Under the pieces are notes generated by a model. It worked only from the letters and a program-made list of their open reading frames with translations, made no database searches and was not told the origin of the DNA. From assembly GCA_951406725.2 (NCBI GenBank), contig OX597816.1, positions 108,748,001 through 108,812,000 of the forward strand: DNA of 64,000 bases. Reading direction: 5' to 3'. Position numbers and translations under genes: made by a program. Positions within the stretch are counted from its first letter, which is position 1. Every line of letters starts with the position of its first letter. Shown here one piece after another: positions 38,609 through 52,569 of the stretch. The DNA comes from Octopus vulgaris. Lineage: Eukaryota.

Positions 38609-39180
38609 TATATATGTCAGAACTGAGAGTTATTAATAAAGGTTTAGTAATCAAGGCAAAATATTTCTTAAGTCTTCATCCTTTGCTGATACAGATATAT
38701 CAGATTCAGAAAATATTTATTAATTGGTATTGAACTCCAGATAATCTCCAAAGATGAGATCCGAAGTTGAAGTCCATGACCAGTCGACTTTGTAAATCCA
38801 AGGTTGCATTACCATGTTAATATGGTACATTTTTGCAGATTGATATAAGTCTATAATGCACAAATAAATGTATAAAGCCTTTCTCATAAACACACACACA
38901 CACACACACATATATATTAGCATGTGGTAGTTAGGCTGTTGCGTTTATGATTGCTTGATCATGGGTTTGATTCCCAGACCGGATGGCGCATTGTGTGTGT
39001 TCTTGAGCAAAATACTTCATCCCACATTGCTCCAATCCTCTTTTGATCAGCCGGGAATGTTGGCCTGCTTGCCTAGTCAGTGGGGTGATGTCATTCAATG
39101 GCTAAAATGATGCAAAATGCATTGTGGCAAGTGATGTGTAACAATATCTGATAGTCTGGTCAGTTACCTGATCACATAAT

Positions 39181-40020
39181 AATGGGTCATCCCATAAATA
39201 ATGCAGTTATAAATAATGCAGTTATATTTCTTTTGTTTTTCAAAATTAAGATAAACAAAGTTCTTTTTTAATCTAAAATATACTCTTCTTCATTTTCTAC
39301 AATGCCCTTCCATCTATCTGGTAGATTTGCAAGGCTCATCGAAAATTCAATTGTCCAAGATGAAAAATACTCCTCTGGTACTGTTCTGATCTTGTCTACA
39401 GAATTCATATTTTTCTCATCCAAATGGTTTTGAAGACTGCGGAATAAATGATAATCAGATGGGGCAATGTCTGGCAAATATGGTGGGTGGGGCATTATTT
39501 TCCATATAATGTGCAATTAGAGTCAAAAAATTTGTGAGAAACTCATTGACCCAATTTGCTGACTTTTCTGATAGCACACAGGTGTCGATGAATAGCTGAA
39601 TGACCAAATCCAGGCTTTTCTGCTAGTTCCTCAACAGGTACAATAGGATTTTGTTCCACCATGGTTTGTAGGACGTCCTTGTTGAGCTCTGCAGATTTTC
39701 CAGGACGAGACTTGTCTTCTAGGCTGTAGTTGCTGGCTTGGGATTTCTGGAACCACCTTTGAGACTGGCTTACACTTATTGTCCGATCCCCATATACTGC
39801 ATTAATATTCCTTGCACTTTCCATTGTGCTGTTGCCTTTATTGAACTTAAAGCAAAATATCCTGAATATGCTCTTTTGTCACTTTCATTATAGCTTTGAA
39901 AAAGTAACTGTTAGCATTCTTCAAAACTTGCGCTAAGAATAAGGACCAAGTAAAATTATTACCTGCTTTTATAGAAAGTTGATGCAGGTAGTTTATCTCA
40001 TCTCCCTTCGACTTTTAGTT
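39181..40020 (-). mobile_element. Internally deleted mariner (Tc1/mariner) transposon
   Basis: N-terminal HTH (RWFQK..SLEDKSRPG) joined almost directly to HPPYLPDIAPSDYHLF..LPDRW C-terminus; first two catalytic Asp regions missing; one TIR-like end near 39181. Confidence 0.9.
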
Positions 40021-40180
40021 ATCTTAATCCTCTTCAGTGACTCTTAAATTCCTAGGGTTAAACTCAAACTATTCTCTGTCAGTCTTATAAGAAAAACCAT
40101 TGAAAAACCTGTGCTGATTTTCAAAGCAGTAAACAAATTAAATGGATGGCTTATTAGCAATTTGAACCTAAAGACAAAAT

Positions 40181-40336
40181 TAATAGAGGTCACAAAAGTA
40201 ATGGAGGGTACTGGGCACTTACCTCCCTCCGTCAGTCATAAAGTTCAGTGCTTTGTAGCTTTTGAGTTGTTTTAACTCTTGTTTCTAGCAATAACTGGTG
40301 CTGTCAGTACCCTCCATCGCTTTGAGACCTCTATTA
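40181..40336. mobile_element. Unclassified MITE with ~33 bp TIRs
   Basis: taatagaggtcacaaaagtaatggagggtactg / cagtaccctccatcgctttgagacctctatta. Confidence 0.7.
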
Positions 40337-42829
40337 TAAATATATATATATGGCAGTAATGTTAGCATGCCGGGTGAACTGCATGACTGTATTACCGTCC
40401 AACACATGCTAGCATGGAAAACGGAAGTTAAATGATGATGATGATGATGATGAGACATACATGTGGTGTGCCTGTGTGGTAAGAAGATTGCTTCCCAACC
40501 ACAAAGCCTTATGAGTGGATTTGGTAGACAGAAATTGAAGGAAGCCCATCATATTTATATATATATATATATAAACATATGTGTGTGTATGTGTCTTCGT
40601 GTCTGTCCCCCCCATCACTGCTTGACGACCAGTGTTATTGTGTTTACATCTTCATCACTTAGCAGCATGGCAACAGAAACTGCTAGAATAAGTACTAGGC
40701 TTAAGAAACAAGTCCTGGGGTTGATTTGTTTGACTGAAACCCTCCAAGGCAGTACTCCAGCATGGCCACAGTTAAATGACCAAAACAAGTAATAGAATAG
40801 AAGAACACCACACACACACACACACACACCCACACACATACACATACATAAATATACAAACCACAAAAAGTCACAAGGTATGAGAAGTGAATATATTTAT
40901 TTCAGTACTTGTTATCCTTAGGATTACAGCTGTTTCGTGGTCTTCAAGGTAATAATAATTTTAGTATATAATGAATTATGTTTACATGTATATACTTATA
41001 TTCATGTTATGCATTATACAATATAATTATATAATGCAGAGCATGCAAGTTAGTACAGACATGTAAAAATAATTTATTATACACTGAAATTATTATTATA
41101 TGTAGAAGAATGCAAAACAGCCATAATACTGAAGATGACAAGTGGTTAGATAAATATATTCAATTCTGACATTTTATGGCTTATATACATCTCATGAAAT
41201 AATTTCATCGATTGGATCTCCTGGATTTTAGCTGCATGGAACTCTGCATTATACACCCTTGTAGTGGCTTACTATGTGGTCTGTTAGCCAAGTCCCCGAG
41301 AGGAGCTTTCTGTGATAGCCCCATGATTCTATGAATCCATATATTACACCACAAATTTATGCACACACATATACATGCATACACATGCACATACATACAT
41401 ACGTATGTATGTATGTATGTATGTATGTATGTATGTATGTATGTATGTATGTATGTGCATGTGTGTATGTGTGTATGTATACACTGCCTTTCTCAGTCAT
41501 TAACTTATACTCAACTTAAATGCCATTCTATGTCTGGAGGCTGGAGCAAAATATAAATAGATAAATAAGTAGATAAATACATAAAATGAAAGTATAAAAA
41601 AATAGAGGGAAGTTGGAATGATAATTGCAGTGACAATGTCTTGAGAAATTATCTTTAATTGACTGCAGTTTTCTTTTATATTTTCCATTTACTGTTGTTC
41701 CCTTCTTTACAGAGTTAGTTTTTATGTGTGTTTCATTTGTAGTTTTTGGATAACATGAGTGAGCAGACCTGAAGTAGTCAGTTGAGTATATACATTTGTT
41801 ACTAACTGTAGGTACATGACCTCTGGGTAGGTTAGTGAAGTAGATTCTGGTCTACTGTAAACACTGTGACCTGGTCACCAACACAATTCCACTGCATCAC
41901 ATGTTGCACAGTTTTGTGTCTGAGACCAAATTAGAGAAGTGTGATGACATTTATGACATAGTAAGAAATAGATGAAAATTGAATATCTCAGGCTTTTTCT
42001 GTATTGTATTTTTTAGTTTTTGTCTGAGTTTGAATGGCTCAAATGACTTTGATAATACATGTCCCTAACTAATAGAACTCTAAAGTCACTCATGAATATG
42101 CTCAGTCACACACACACTCATTTGCATACACAAACACTCACACACAGTCATTTGCATACACAAACACATACACACACTCATTTGCATACACAAACACTCA
42201 TTCACACATACACACACACTAAATCTGCAGAGATTGTCAATATGAACCCATCATTAATCTTGATAACATATTTAGTCTATTAGTTTTTCCATCTCTTATA
42301 AGGTCCTTGCCAGCTAAACATCATTCCTTTATGTAGTGCCATGGAGACAATCTCCTTCTCAGAGACCACTGTAACTCACCTCTCTCCATCCGCCCCTTTA
42401 TAGCTAAATCTCTCCTCATATGGATCTCATACATGATCTCTTAGTAGAAGTGAAGCTAATTCACTTAGGAAGTTGGTCACTCAGAAGGCACCCATTAGTA
42501 CACTATAATGGTCCTACCTGGTCACACAGAGGAAATGCAAATGTTGCAAGCCCCAAGAAAGCAACCTGTCAAGGAGAGTAAAGACTCTGAATGAAAATTT
42601 GTTTCTGGGTAAAGGGAACTCTTCAAACTAGTCTTAGACAACCTCTCTAGAACTAATGGTTGAGTAAAATGCATACAGTCCATAACGTAAAGTGTTAGTG
42701 ATAGGAAGGCCATCCATCCATCCATAAAAAAAACATGCCACAAAGATGTAGAATCACATTGAGTTGCAAGATTGCTGTGAAATCCATCCAGGCCATGTCA
42801 ATATAAGTAGAGTTACTCCTGCCATTTAC

Positions 42830-42891
42830 CTGCACTTCATTCAACTTGTTCACTCTGACATTGAGAGAGTGTTGGGTAGCAACAGAAATCG
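42830..42891 (-). CDS. Coding exon 2, 62 bp ((T)ISVATQHSLNVRVNKLNEVQ), phase 1 to 0
   Basis: Acceptor tttgtgtgtttgtcctcaag, donor CAG|gtaaat; open frame; phases fit both flanking exons. Confidence 0.68.
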
Positions 42892-42928
42892 CTTGAGGAC
42901 AAACACACAAAACAATAAATCAGTTTAA

Positions 42929-43149
42929 CCCTTTTGTTACTGAATTTATTTTGAGATGCTCTGTGTTTCTTTCAATTACTTTAAATATAGCAAAGAATTT
43001 AGTAAAATAACTTAGTTATCATTCAACTAGTGTCAGGAACATAAATTGTGATGAAAGGTTTGGTGGAAGATTTTAATTAAAAACTTATGAAAACAAGACA
43101 TTTGTACTCAGAGCCAAAGCTGGTTTCAGTCAGGTTAGTAATGAAAGGG
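42929..43149. mobile_element. piggyBac-like MITE (TTAA TSD)
   Basis: TTAA-cccttttgttac ... gtaatgaaaggg-TTAA; relatives at 55721-55940 and 11420-12435. Confidence 0.8.
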
Positions 43150-46100
43150 TTAAATCATAAAAAATTAAATATATTTATGTGCTGTGAAAACAGGCAAACC
43201 CTAACAGTTCCTGCAGGACCTCTTATAGAGAAGTAATGAGATGTTCTTATTTCTTTTCATTTATTTTCCAAAGACAGGTCGAGCTCCAAATGTTATAATT
43301 CATTTCTAACTATGAGACTTAAACTTATTCACTTTTTCTAATTTCATATTTTTTTTTTTACTCAGTTATCCGAAGGTGTTTGGCTTTAGGGTACCTGGGC
43401 TTCCAAAGCATAATTGTGAGTTTGATACCTGGCGCATATTGTGTCCTTGAGCAAGAAACTTTATTTCACATTGTTCCAGTCCACTCAGCTGACAAAAGTG
43501 AATAATACCTGTATTTCAAAGGGCCAGCCTTGTCACATTCTGTATCATGCTAAATTGCCCCAAGAACTATGTTATGGGTACATGTGTCTGTGGAGTGCTC
43601 ATCCACGTGCATGTTAATCACACAAGCAGGTTGTTCTGTTGATTGGATTAACTGGAACCCTTGTGGTCATAACTGACAGAGAACCAGTTAACCCAACGAT
43701 CAATAAGACACTAGTGTTAATTATTATATGGGGCAACAAAAGAGCCTCTATGTGATGGTTGCTTGACCTGCTAGAAATAGCAGCTGTACACAACCTACAT
43801 CACACACTACTGGCTTAAAAATGTAGTTGCACTTGAGTTAATGTTCTCTTAGGTGTATTATGCCTCAGAGTGGGATGATAATGACTGGAATTACTTTTCA
43901 GACCATACATCTGTTGAATCAGGGCAACATCAATGACTGGTATTTCTTTGATAATGTAATAGTTTACCAGTATGACTAGAATGGTACTGGTTTTCATCAA
44001 CTAAAGTACTAACAATGTCATGTTGAAAGACTAAATTATTATAAAGAATTACTTATTAAATCTACTTAACAAGAAAATTAGGCTAGATCGACAGGATTGA
44101 GACTAATTCATATTGGAATTTTCTGAAATTTCTGTGTGTTTAATGGAGACTTTCTATGTTGTGTGTAGTCATGGCAGGTATTCTATGTTGTGTGTAGTCA
44201 TGGTTAGGTATTTAACTTCGCAATTATTTGGTTCTAGGTTAGGTTCTAATGCACTGAATCTCGAAAGAAGTGTTTTCTACCTTAGCCTTGGTTAGTTAAT
44301 GAGAGAACCTTTATATCGTTGCTCAGTCTGCCAGGTATAGTAAGCAAGTCTCCTTCAAATCACATCCTATCAATTTAAAAATAAACCAAAAATACATTGA
44401 AAAATATAATCCCTGATGCACGATGCCTTAGAAAAATGCCAAAGTTGTTGTGGTTGGAATGCTTTTGCTCATAAGTTTGAGAGAGGGGATGTTAAACAAC
44501 GACTACCCTAACCTTGGCTTGATCCAAACTTTATGAGTGATATAGGGTTGATGGAAACTATGTGGATGCCTGTCAGATTGATAATGTTTGTTTGTGGATG
44601 GGAGACTTAATTTTATCTACCTACTCTTCCTTCTATTTTTTCTCTCTCTTTATTTGTTTGGTAGTTTGTATAAGGATTTGTTCATGATTGCAGGTATATA
44701 AAGGTGTACTACATACAGAACCACAACTTGAAATGGAAGTGTTAAAGCACTTAACAATATAAAGGTTCCCCTGGTGAAGAGGATTGGCCTGCAAAAATCC
44801 TGTGCCAGTGCCACATAGAAGACATTTGTGCTGATACCAAGGAACAGCACTTGTGCCAGGGCCATATTAAAAGCATGCAGCACATATTCTAAAGTGGTTG
44901 GCATCAAGAATGGTATCCTGCTGTAGAAACCAAGCCAAATCAGACTGGAACCTGGTGCAACTCTCCAGCTTGCCATTTCTGGTCAAACCGTCCAACCCAT
45001 ACCAGCATGGAAAATAGATGTTAAAGGATGATGATGGTGATGATGATGATGATGATGATGATGAAGCATTAGTGAATTAGAAATCTATACTAGTAATCCC
45101 AACAATGGAAATATAATTATTTCTAATTTAAGCACAACAATTTTGAGGATGCCATCAACTTCAGTACTTAACTGATACTTTATTTTAACAGCCCCCAAAA
45201 GATAAAGGAAAATTTGACTTCGGTTGCAATTGAAACCCAGAATTGAAAGATCTGGAAGAAACATCATAAAGTATTTTGTCCAATGTTCTAACAATTCTAC
45301 CAATTCACAACCTTCTACACAAAGATAATAATTCCCAATACAGGCACAAGAACTCAAATTTGGCAGAGGTGGGGTTAGTCAAGGAAGGGATCCCCACCAC
45401 CTCAGTACTTGACTGATACTTTTTTCTATTGAACCAGATGCATGAATGATAAAATTCTTCTTCTTTTGAAGATAATAAAGCAAATCACACATGTACATGT
45501 GATTTGGGGAAAAAATCTAATAATTGACTCTGTCACTCTGTCAGTGGGATAAATATTGGTTTCTTGCTTGGCATCGAGGTTCATATAATAGAAGCAATAT
45601 CGTCCTTTGGTACAGTCTTTAGATATATTAAATCAATTTTCAGTATATTACAGTATTTCAAATCCCTGCAAGATCAATTTAACCTTTCATCTTTTGAGTG
45701 TTGATAAAATAAAAATAACCCCAGTCAAATGTTGGTATCAATTAAATATTCCTACAAAGAAGCTGAAATGTGAATAGAATTATAACAGGAGATTAAAACT
45801 AACATCAAAAGAATGAAGTACAAAGTTGGTATTAATGGAATTTGAGCACAGAATGTAAAAGAATATTGCTTTCTACTATAGGCAGATGACCTGAAATTTT
45901 TGGGGAAGGGGTCTAGTCATTCATTTTGACCTTAGTTCTCAACTGGTACTTACTTTATGGACTACAAAAGAATGAAAGGCAAAGTTGAGTTCAGCAGAAT
46001 TTGAACTCACAATGTAAACCAGAAGAATTGCCACTAAGCAATTTTATCTGGCATGTTAACAATTCTCCTAGCTTATAAAGGAATATTGATTTCACATTTT

Positions 46101-47747
46101 GGCACAAGGCCAGCAATTTTATCAGCCCTGAAAGGATGAAAGGCTAAGTCAACCTTGGTGGAATTTTAACTCAAAATGGTTCTACCAGCAGGCCACCATA
46201 GCTTATTATCAAAGAATATTATAAATATTCACTTATGGCAAAGTTATCTTTTTTTCCCTCTTAACCTCTTCTGTTATTAATTAGAAATTGAATTACTTCA
46301 TGCATGTGAATGTTTGTGTGCAAGTGTTTGTATGTGAGTATGTTTCACTACTTATATCTAGATGTATGGATATAAGTGTGTATATCCCTGTGCATAAGTG
46401 GAAGACAGTAAATGTTATTCTATCTACTGGTATGTAATAACAGTTATCTATTCAATTGGTGTACTTCTCCAGCAATCTTACCCACTTTTGTAAAGGCAGA
46501 GGAGAAAATTGTTCAACATCTTACATTTGTTATTTGTTGGCTATCATCAGCTTGTCTGTAATCATATTTGTTTATCAGTAGAGTAGGACATCTTAGATAG
46601 GCTGCTTCCTTCTTGGTGAATTAACCAATTAAGATTTTTCTTAGAGCTCAAAGACCAGATTCTGATCTTTAAAACAGGCTGACCTTTATCAGTGTTTAAC
46701 AGAACAGATGAATTCAACAACAGGTTGTTACTATCACCACCATCATCATCATTAATTTTTTTCCTTCTATCTTAATTGGAATATAAGTGAGGTTGACTGC
46801 CAAAGCAAGATACTTAATAACCAAATAACCATACTCACTCATCTCAAGGAAGTAGACGTTCCCTCATTGTGCATTCAAAGACAGTATAGTGTTAGCATTC
46901 AGGCACCGATCCATAAAAATGCCATTAAAGTTATTGAGATTGGATGTCTAAGCTTGAAGCAAAGAGATAATAAAATAACTGGAAGTATTCTAATTAAGAT
47001 TATTCCGTTGTTATAAGTAAAACAGTGTGACTGTAATTATCATCAAATGCATCAAGAGAGTTAAAGTAGGATATCTTCATGTTGGAAATGTTGAAGGGAT
47101 GAGATGGGTTGAAGGTTACCATTCTTTAAACCAAAAATATTCCCTAAGTCATATGTATCCAGATTTTAGAACAAGTAACCCATATTTGCTGCATGTTGTA
47201 AGAGGCAACTAAAAGGCTTGACATCAGGAAGGGTCTCTGGCCACAAAATACTGCTCCAAAAAGAATACTCTGGCATCAATTAGAAGACTAACAAGGGGTT
47301 CATAAGACTTTAGATGTTTGCTGCTGCTGCCTTAAATAACTTAGGATTTCAACATTTCAACCTCAATAAGAATCAATTTACAAGTATTGGAGTTGATATA
47401 ATAAACTAGTAGACAGAGATATAGCATGGCCACAGTATATTAACTAGCACCAGTGGAACTTTAGAAGAATAAAATACACACTTGAGTTTACATTTACATA
47501 CAGTTTTGATTGGCATTTCTGGCCAATCCCTGCCCAGATTTCCCTGTCGCCAAATGCTAATACAAAGTAATTAAAAATAAAATAACTGTACTAAACTCAC
47601 CCAGATATGTTTATATTTTATATAATAGCAGCAACTAAAAGGGCTATAGATATTGCTCCTTCTATAGACGTTGCTCCTTCTATAGACACTAATATAGATT
47701 TATAAAACAAATACATAACTGCAAATTTATGAAAACAGTACAGTTAC

Positions 47748-47841
47748 TTAAATCAGCTCCAAAGATTGCACTGATCTTCACCAAACTCTCCAGTAAGCTA
47801 TCCAAATCTTTTTGTAGCCTATTTGAGCTGTCCATGCCCAT
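47748..47841 (-). CDS. First coding exon of spliced coiled-coil protein gene (MGMDSSNRLQKDLDSLLESLVKISAIFGADL, ends phase 1)
   Basis: Manual translation. In-frame TGA two codons before the ATG at 47841; upstream acceptor ttttttcccag at 47906 (5'UTR part 47842-47905); donor A|gtaact at 47747. Phase 1 matches the next exon. Confidence 0.72.
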
Positions 47842-47935
47842 GCTTCAATTTGTAACTCAAGAAAAACATGTTTCTGAAGGTAATAAGTCTAGTCAAACAT
47901 GTGACCTGGGAAAAAAATCCGGTAAATTAGGGGTG

Positions 47936-48030
<95 letters not shown>

Positions 48031-49325
48031 TTGGAAACTTCTATATCATAATATTAGTTGCCAGTAGTAACAACCAACTCTTCTTGAAATCATGCCTTAA
48101 TGTTAATTAAAACACAAACAAAATATAAACAGGAAAAAAAAAAGAAAGGATGGATTGGATCATCTATTACATTTCTTGGTTGTTGTGGTTGTTTTAAGGT
48201 TTCTGAAACTCTGAAGGCATTCATTAATGAGTTTGGTTTGTGGAGAAAGAATCATGTGTTTGATCCCCACAGTGTCTAGTCTTCAACATTCATAGCACAG
48301 CTGTGTTGAAATGATGGAAAACATGTATGATTGCAGAGAGATCACCAATATTTGTTGTTGTAGTGCACCTTGATACTTTCTCTCAGTACATGAGGCTGAG
48401 GACATGGCTGTCAATGGGATTTGAATCCATAATTGGAATTTGATCCTATAATACAAAGAGCTGGAGTAGAAACTACCAGACATTTCCTCTGATGCTCAGA
48501 CAATTCTGCCAATCCACTACTTCAGACCGATACTTAATTTATCAACATTGGAAAAGTGAAAGGTAGAGTTTATTTTTACTGGATTTAAACTCAGAGAGCA
48601 AAGGTGAGGAGCCAAAAATTATCAGGCTTTCTATCCAATGCTTTAATTGCTTTGCTAATTTGCCATTTTACTTTATTTACATTGGGCAATATAGTCCAAA
48701 TTACATTACCGTTGAGAGCAAAAGGTACAAACTGGTCATAGCTGGAATACCTTTGGTCATAAATTTGCTGAACAAAATGGGTCTGGCAGTAAATAACACC
48801 AACATATATACAAAAGTAACTTCATTTATTCCATTAATGACCCAGCAGAAATGCATGGATAGTAAAGATTTAATATTATGTAATTTCTGTAAAAATGAAG
48901 TCTTGTGCACAACTAGAAAAAAAATCTAACATGTTTTACATACAAAGATGTAATTACTGATTAAGATACAGAAAATTGAAGCTGAACAAATCTTTAATTA
49001 TTTTAATTATTCTACCAGCTTGCCGCCTTACTACTACTACAACTACAACTATTACATGTAGTAGTAGTTTCTTTATTAGGATCAAGGGCCACAAAAATAT
49101 CTAGGGTAACACAAAACAAAGAACAGTGGGGATTTACATACACATGTGTAAACAATAAAACAATAACAATATGCAAAAAATCTTAAATAAAATTTGCGGT
49201 AGTGAGGAATTGCCATTCACAGGCAACCAAGGAACTTCACAGATCTTGAGCCATGCTACTCATCATGGGTTGCATGGCAAGTATTCTTCTCTCCTCTGTA
49301 TTCCTCACCCTACAGGCATCAGTTA

Positions 49326-49533
49326 AACCCTTTAGCATTCAAATTATTCTGTCAAATGCAATGCTTATTTATTCACCTTGTTTTGAATTAATCATGCATT
49401 ATCTCATAGCTTTGAGATTTTTATGATATGGTTATTTTTAGAATGACATTGTATGGTAGGTGTGAGAAGCTGGATCTGGCCAACAGGTAGGATATGTTTT
49501 TCTGGATATAGCTGGTTTAAATGCTAATGGGTT
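49326..49533. mobile_element. piggyBac-like MITE, second family, inserted in a Tx1-like 3' fragment (49070-49730, minus)
   Basis: ccctttagcatt ... aatgctaatggg-TTAA; relatives at 55181-55423 and partial 3915-4062; flank encodes LIDIFKFHLKKK..ERWVNV. Confidence 0.75.
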
Positions 49534-50969
49534 AAAGTAGGATCAGTCACTCTGGGCATCTTCAACACATTCACCCACCTTTCAGGTAATTTGCTGTGGA
49601 GTAGCAGCGCATTCTTCTCACCTCTCACCTTCTTTTTCAAATGGAATTTAAAAATGTCGATGAGGCTTTAGTCAAAGAATAAATTGCCTGTCTTTAGATT
49701 TTTTCAGTCTCATCCTCCGCATAACCAGACAGAGATGTGGCTGTGTGGTAAGAAAATTGCTTCCCGACCACATGGTTCCCAGTTCAGTCCCACTGTGTGG
49801 CATTTTGGGTGAGTGTTTTCTACTATGGCCTCAACCTTGTAAGTGGATTTGGTAGATGGAAACTGCAAGAAGCCCGTCATATCCATATATGTATATATTT
49901 ACGTGTGTGTGTGTCTTTGTGTCTTTGTTTGTCCCCACCACCATCGCTAGACAACCAATGTTGGCATGTTTCCATCCCCGTAACTTAGCAGTTCGGTTAA
50001 AAATTCTGATAGAATAAGTACTAAGCATACAAAGAATAAGTCATGGGGTCGATTGGTTTGACCCAAACCCTTTAAGGTGGTGCTCCAGCATGGCTGCAGT
50101 CAAATGACTGAAACAAGTAAAAGAATAAAGAGGAAAACTGCCTGCCCTTCCTGACCAAAGGAATTATAATGATGATGATGATGATGATGATATCTTTCTT
50201 ACTAAAGAAAAAATGTGTCAACAAGGTCAGATATGGTGAGTTTGAACAAATATCATTGTCTTTACAGCAAGTGGATATGATTGGGTTCCTGACTCAGTAT
50301 AGAGAGTGAGAAAGAGAGCAAAGCAAATCGGATGAGTAAGTGAGAGAGAGTGAGAAAGAAAGAAGAGAGAGAGAAAGAGAGAGAGAGAATAACAGATAGA
50401 GAAAACAAGACAGAGGTGAAGCCATGAAGAGAGAGATAGAAAGAGAGTGTAAGGTGTAGGAGCATAGAGAAGTAGAAAGAAAGAGTGAAGGGGAGGTACG
50501 GAGAGTTAGTGACAAAAGAGAGAGGTAGTGCTTATAGAAATGAAGGGAAAAAAGAAAGAGTAAGGCACAGAGAGGATGAAAGAAAAAGAGAGAGATGGTA
50601 ACAAGCAGAGATATATTGATAGAGAGGTGAGGGTAGAGTGAAAGAGTATCTTAAGGCTCATATTACCATACTGATGACAACTGCTGATCTGATGACTATC
50701 TTAAACCAGCTGATTGTCTCTTAAAGATAAAAAATCTCATGTATTACTGCTGTTTGATATTTCTATAAAGCATGGAATTATAAGAGGAGGCTACAATTAA
50801 AGCAATCTTCATGCTAAGAAGATCTATTGAGCATATATATATATATAATAATAATAATAAAATAATATATAAATATAATAATAATAAAATAATATATAAA
50901 TATATGCATATATACATACATATATGTACATACCTACATCTATATGTATATATACATGCATATATGGGT

Positions 50970-51040
<71 letters not shown>

Positions 51041-51171
51041 GAAACACTGCTAGATCAGACTGGGCCTAAAGCAGCCTTCTGGCTTCACAGACCTCAGTTG
51101 AACCGTTCAACCCATGCTAGCATGGAAAGCGGACATTAAATGATGATGATGAAGATGATATATATATCATA

Positions 51172-51480
51172 TGGTGGAGGCACATGGCCTAGTGGTTAGA
51201 GTAGCAGACTTGCGGTAGTGGGATTGTGGGTTCGAATCTCAGACTGGGCGATGTGTGTGTTTATGAGTGAAACACCTAAGCTCCACGCGGCTCTGGCAGA
51301 AGGTAATGGCGAATCTCTGCTGACTCTTTCGGCCCAACTTTCTCTCATTCTTTCCTCCTGTATCTTGTAGCTCACCTGCAATGGACCAGCGTCCTGTCCA
51401 GGTGGGGAATCTATACGCCAATGAAACCAGGAAACTAGCCCTTATGAGCCAGGTATGGCTCAAGAAGGAACAAACAAAAT
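51172..51480 (+). mobile_element. tRNA-derived SINE with intact A and B boxes
   Basis: TGGCCTAGTGG and GGTTCGAATC boxes, body, (ACAA)n tail; related heads at 38918-39180, 43370-43690 and 15322-15645 (minus). Confidence 0.8.
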
Positions 51481-51999
51481 AATATATATTACATGAATCC
51501 AGATCTAGAGAAGTTTTTAATATATTCTTTGAGTACAACAAACCCAAAACATAATCCATTCTCTCTCTCTTTCTCTCTCCCTGTCTGTCTGTCTCTCTCT
51601 GTATTTCCTCTTCCTCCCCATCTCCTCCTCCTCCTCTGTGAAAATTGTAGGCAGACGCGAGTATCTTCATATATAGAAGATATTCCAATGTTGAAAGACA
51701 GTGACAGACATACTTTGCAAGCATTGAAATAAAAGATGTCTTTCCTGTAAGTCATAATTAATAATATATTGATCTTGTTTTGTTTTGCTATCAGAATAAG
51801 ATAAAAAGAATATATAGATTTGCTACTTAAGAATGAAGACTTGGTATTGGAAATCATAAAAATATGGCAATCAAAGATAACAATTGCCTTGTCATTACAG
51901 TGATGAATATGAAATGCCAAACAAAATACATGAACACACAGACACACACACAAATACACACACACATACAAAGTTTCTCCTTGTGTGTGTGTGTCTTCT

Positions 52000-52490
52000 T
52001 GCAATGAGTTGGAGGAAGTCTGGGGAGCTATTACTGCTATTAGCAACAAAGGTGTTCTTCAGTGTGAGGGGCAGATTGTATAACGCTTGCATCAGAACTG
52101 CAATGCCGCATGATAGTGAAACATGAGTCTTGGATGCAGAGAACTTGAGAAGACTGGAAAAAAAATGCAGTGAGCATATTCTATTGGGTGTGCAATACAA
52201 GTGTGTATGGATGTAATCACACATATGTCCTGAGGGAAAAATTGGGGATAAGAAGAATCAGTTGTAATGTGCAAGAAGGAAGACTGCACTGGTATGGATA
52301 CATGATGCATTTGAATGAGAACAGCTGTATGAAGAAGCGATGGTTAATAAAAGTCAATGAAATTTGTAGAAGAAGAAGGCCTAGGAAGATTTGGGATGGA
52401 GTGTCAAAGGCTGATCTCACATCTCCGAACCTCATGTGGAAGACGACAAGGTACCTGGATGATTGACAATATTTGGTTTTCAAGAAGACC
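52000..52490 (+). mobile_element. Degenerate RTE ORF2 3' fragment
   Basis: GRLYNACIRTAMPHDSET and RLHWYGYMM..RRPRKIWD motifs. Confidence 0.8.
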
Positions 52491-52523
52491 CTATCAATTC
52501 AGTGAAACAAAGCTCTGGAAGTG

Positions 52524-52568
<45 letters not shown>

Positions 52569-52569
52569 A

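Noticed and set aside
51172-51250. tRNA-like sequence
   Set aside because: Head of a SINE; no proper cloverleaf and it continues into a repeat body.
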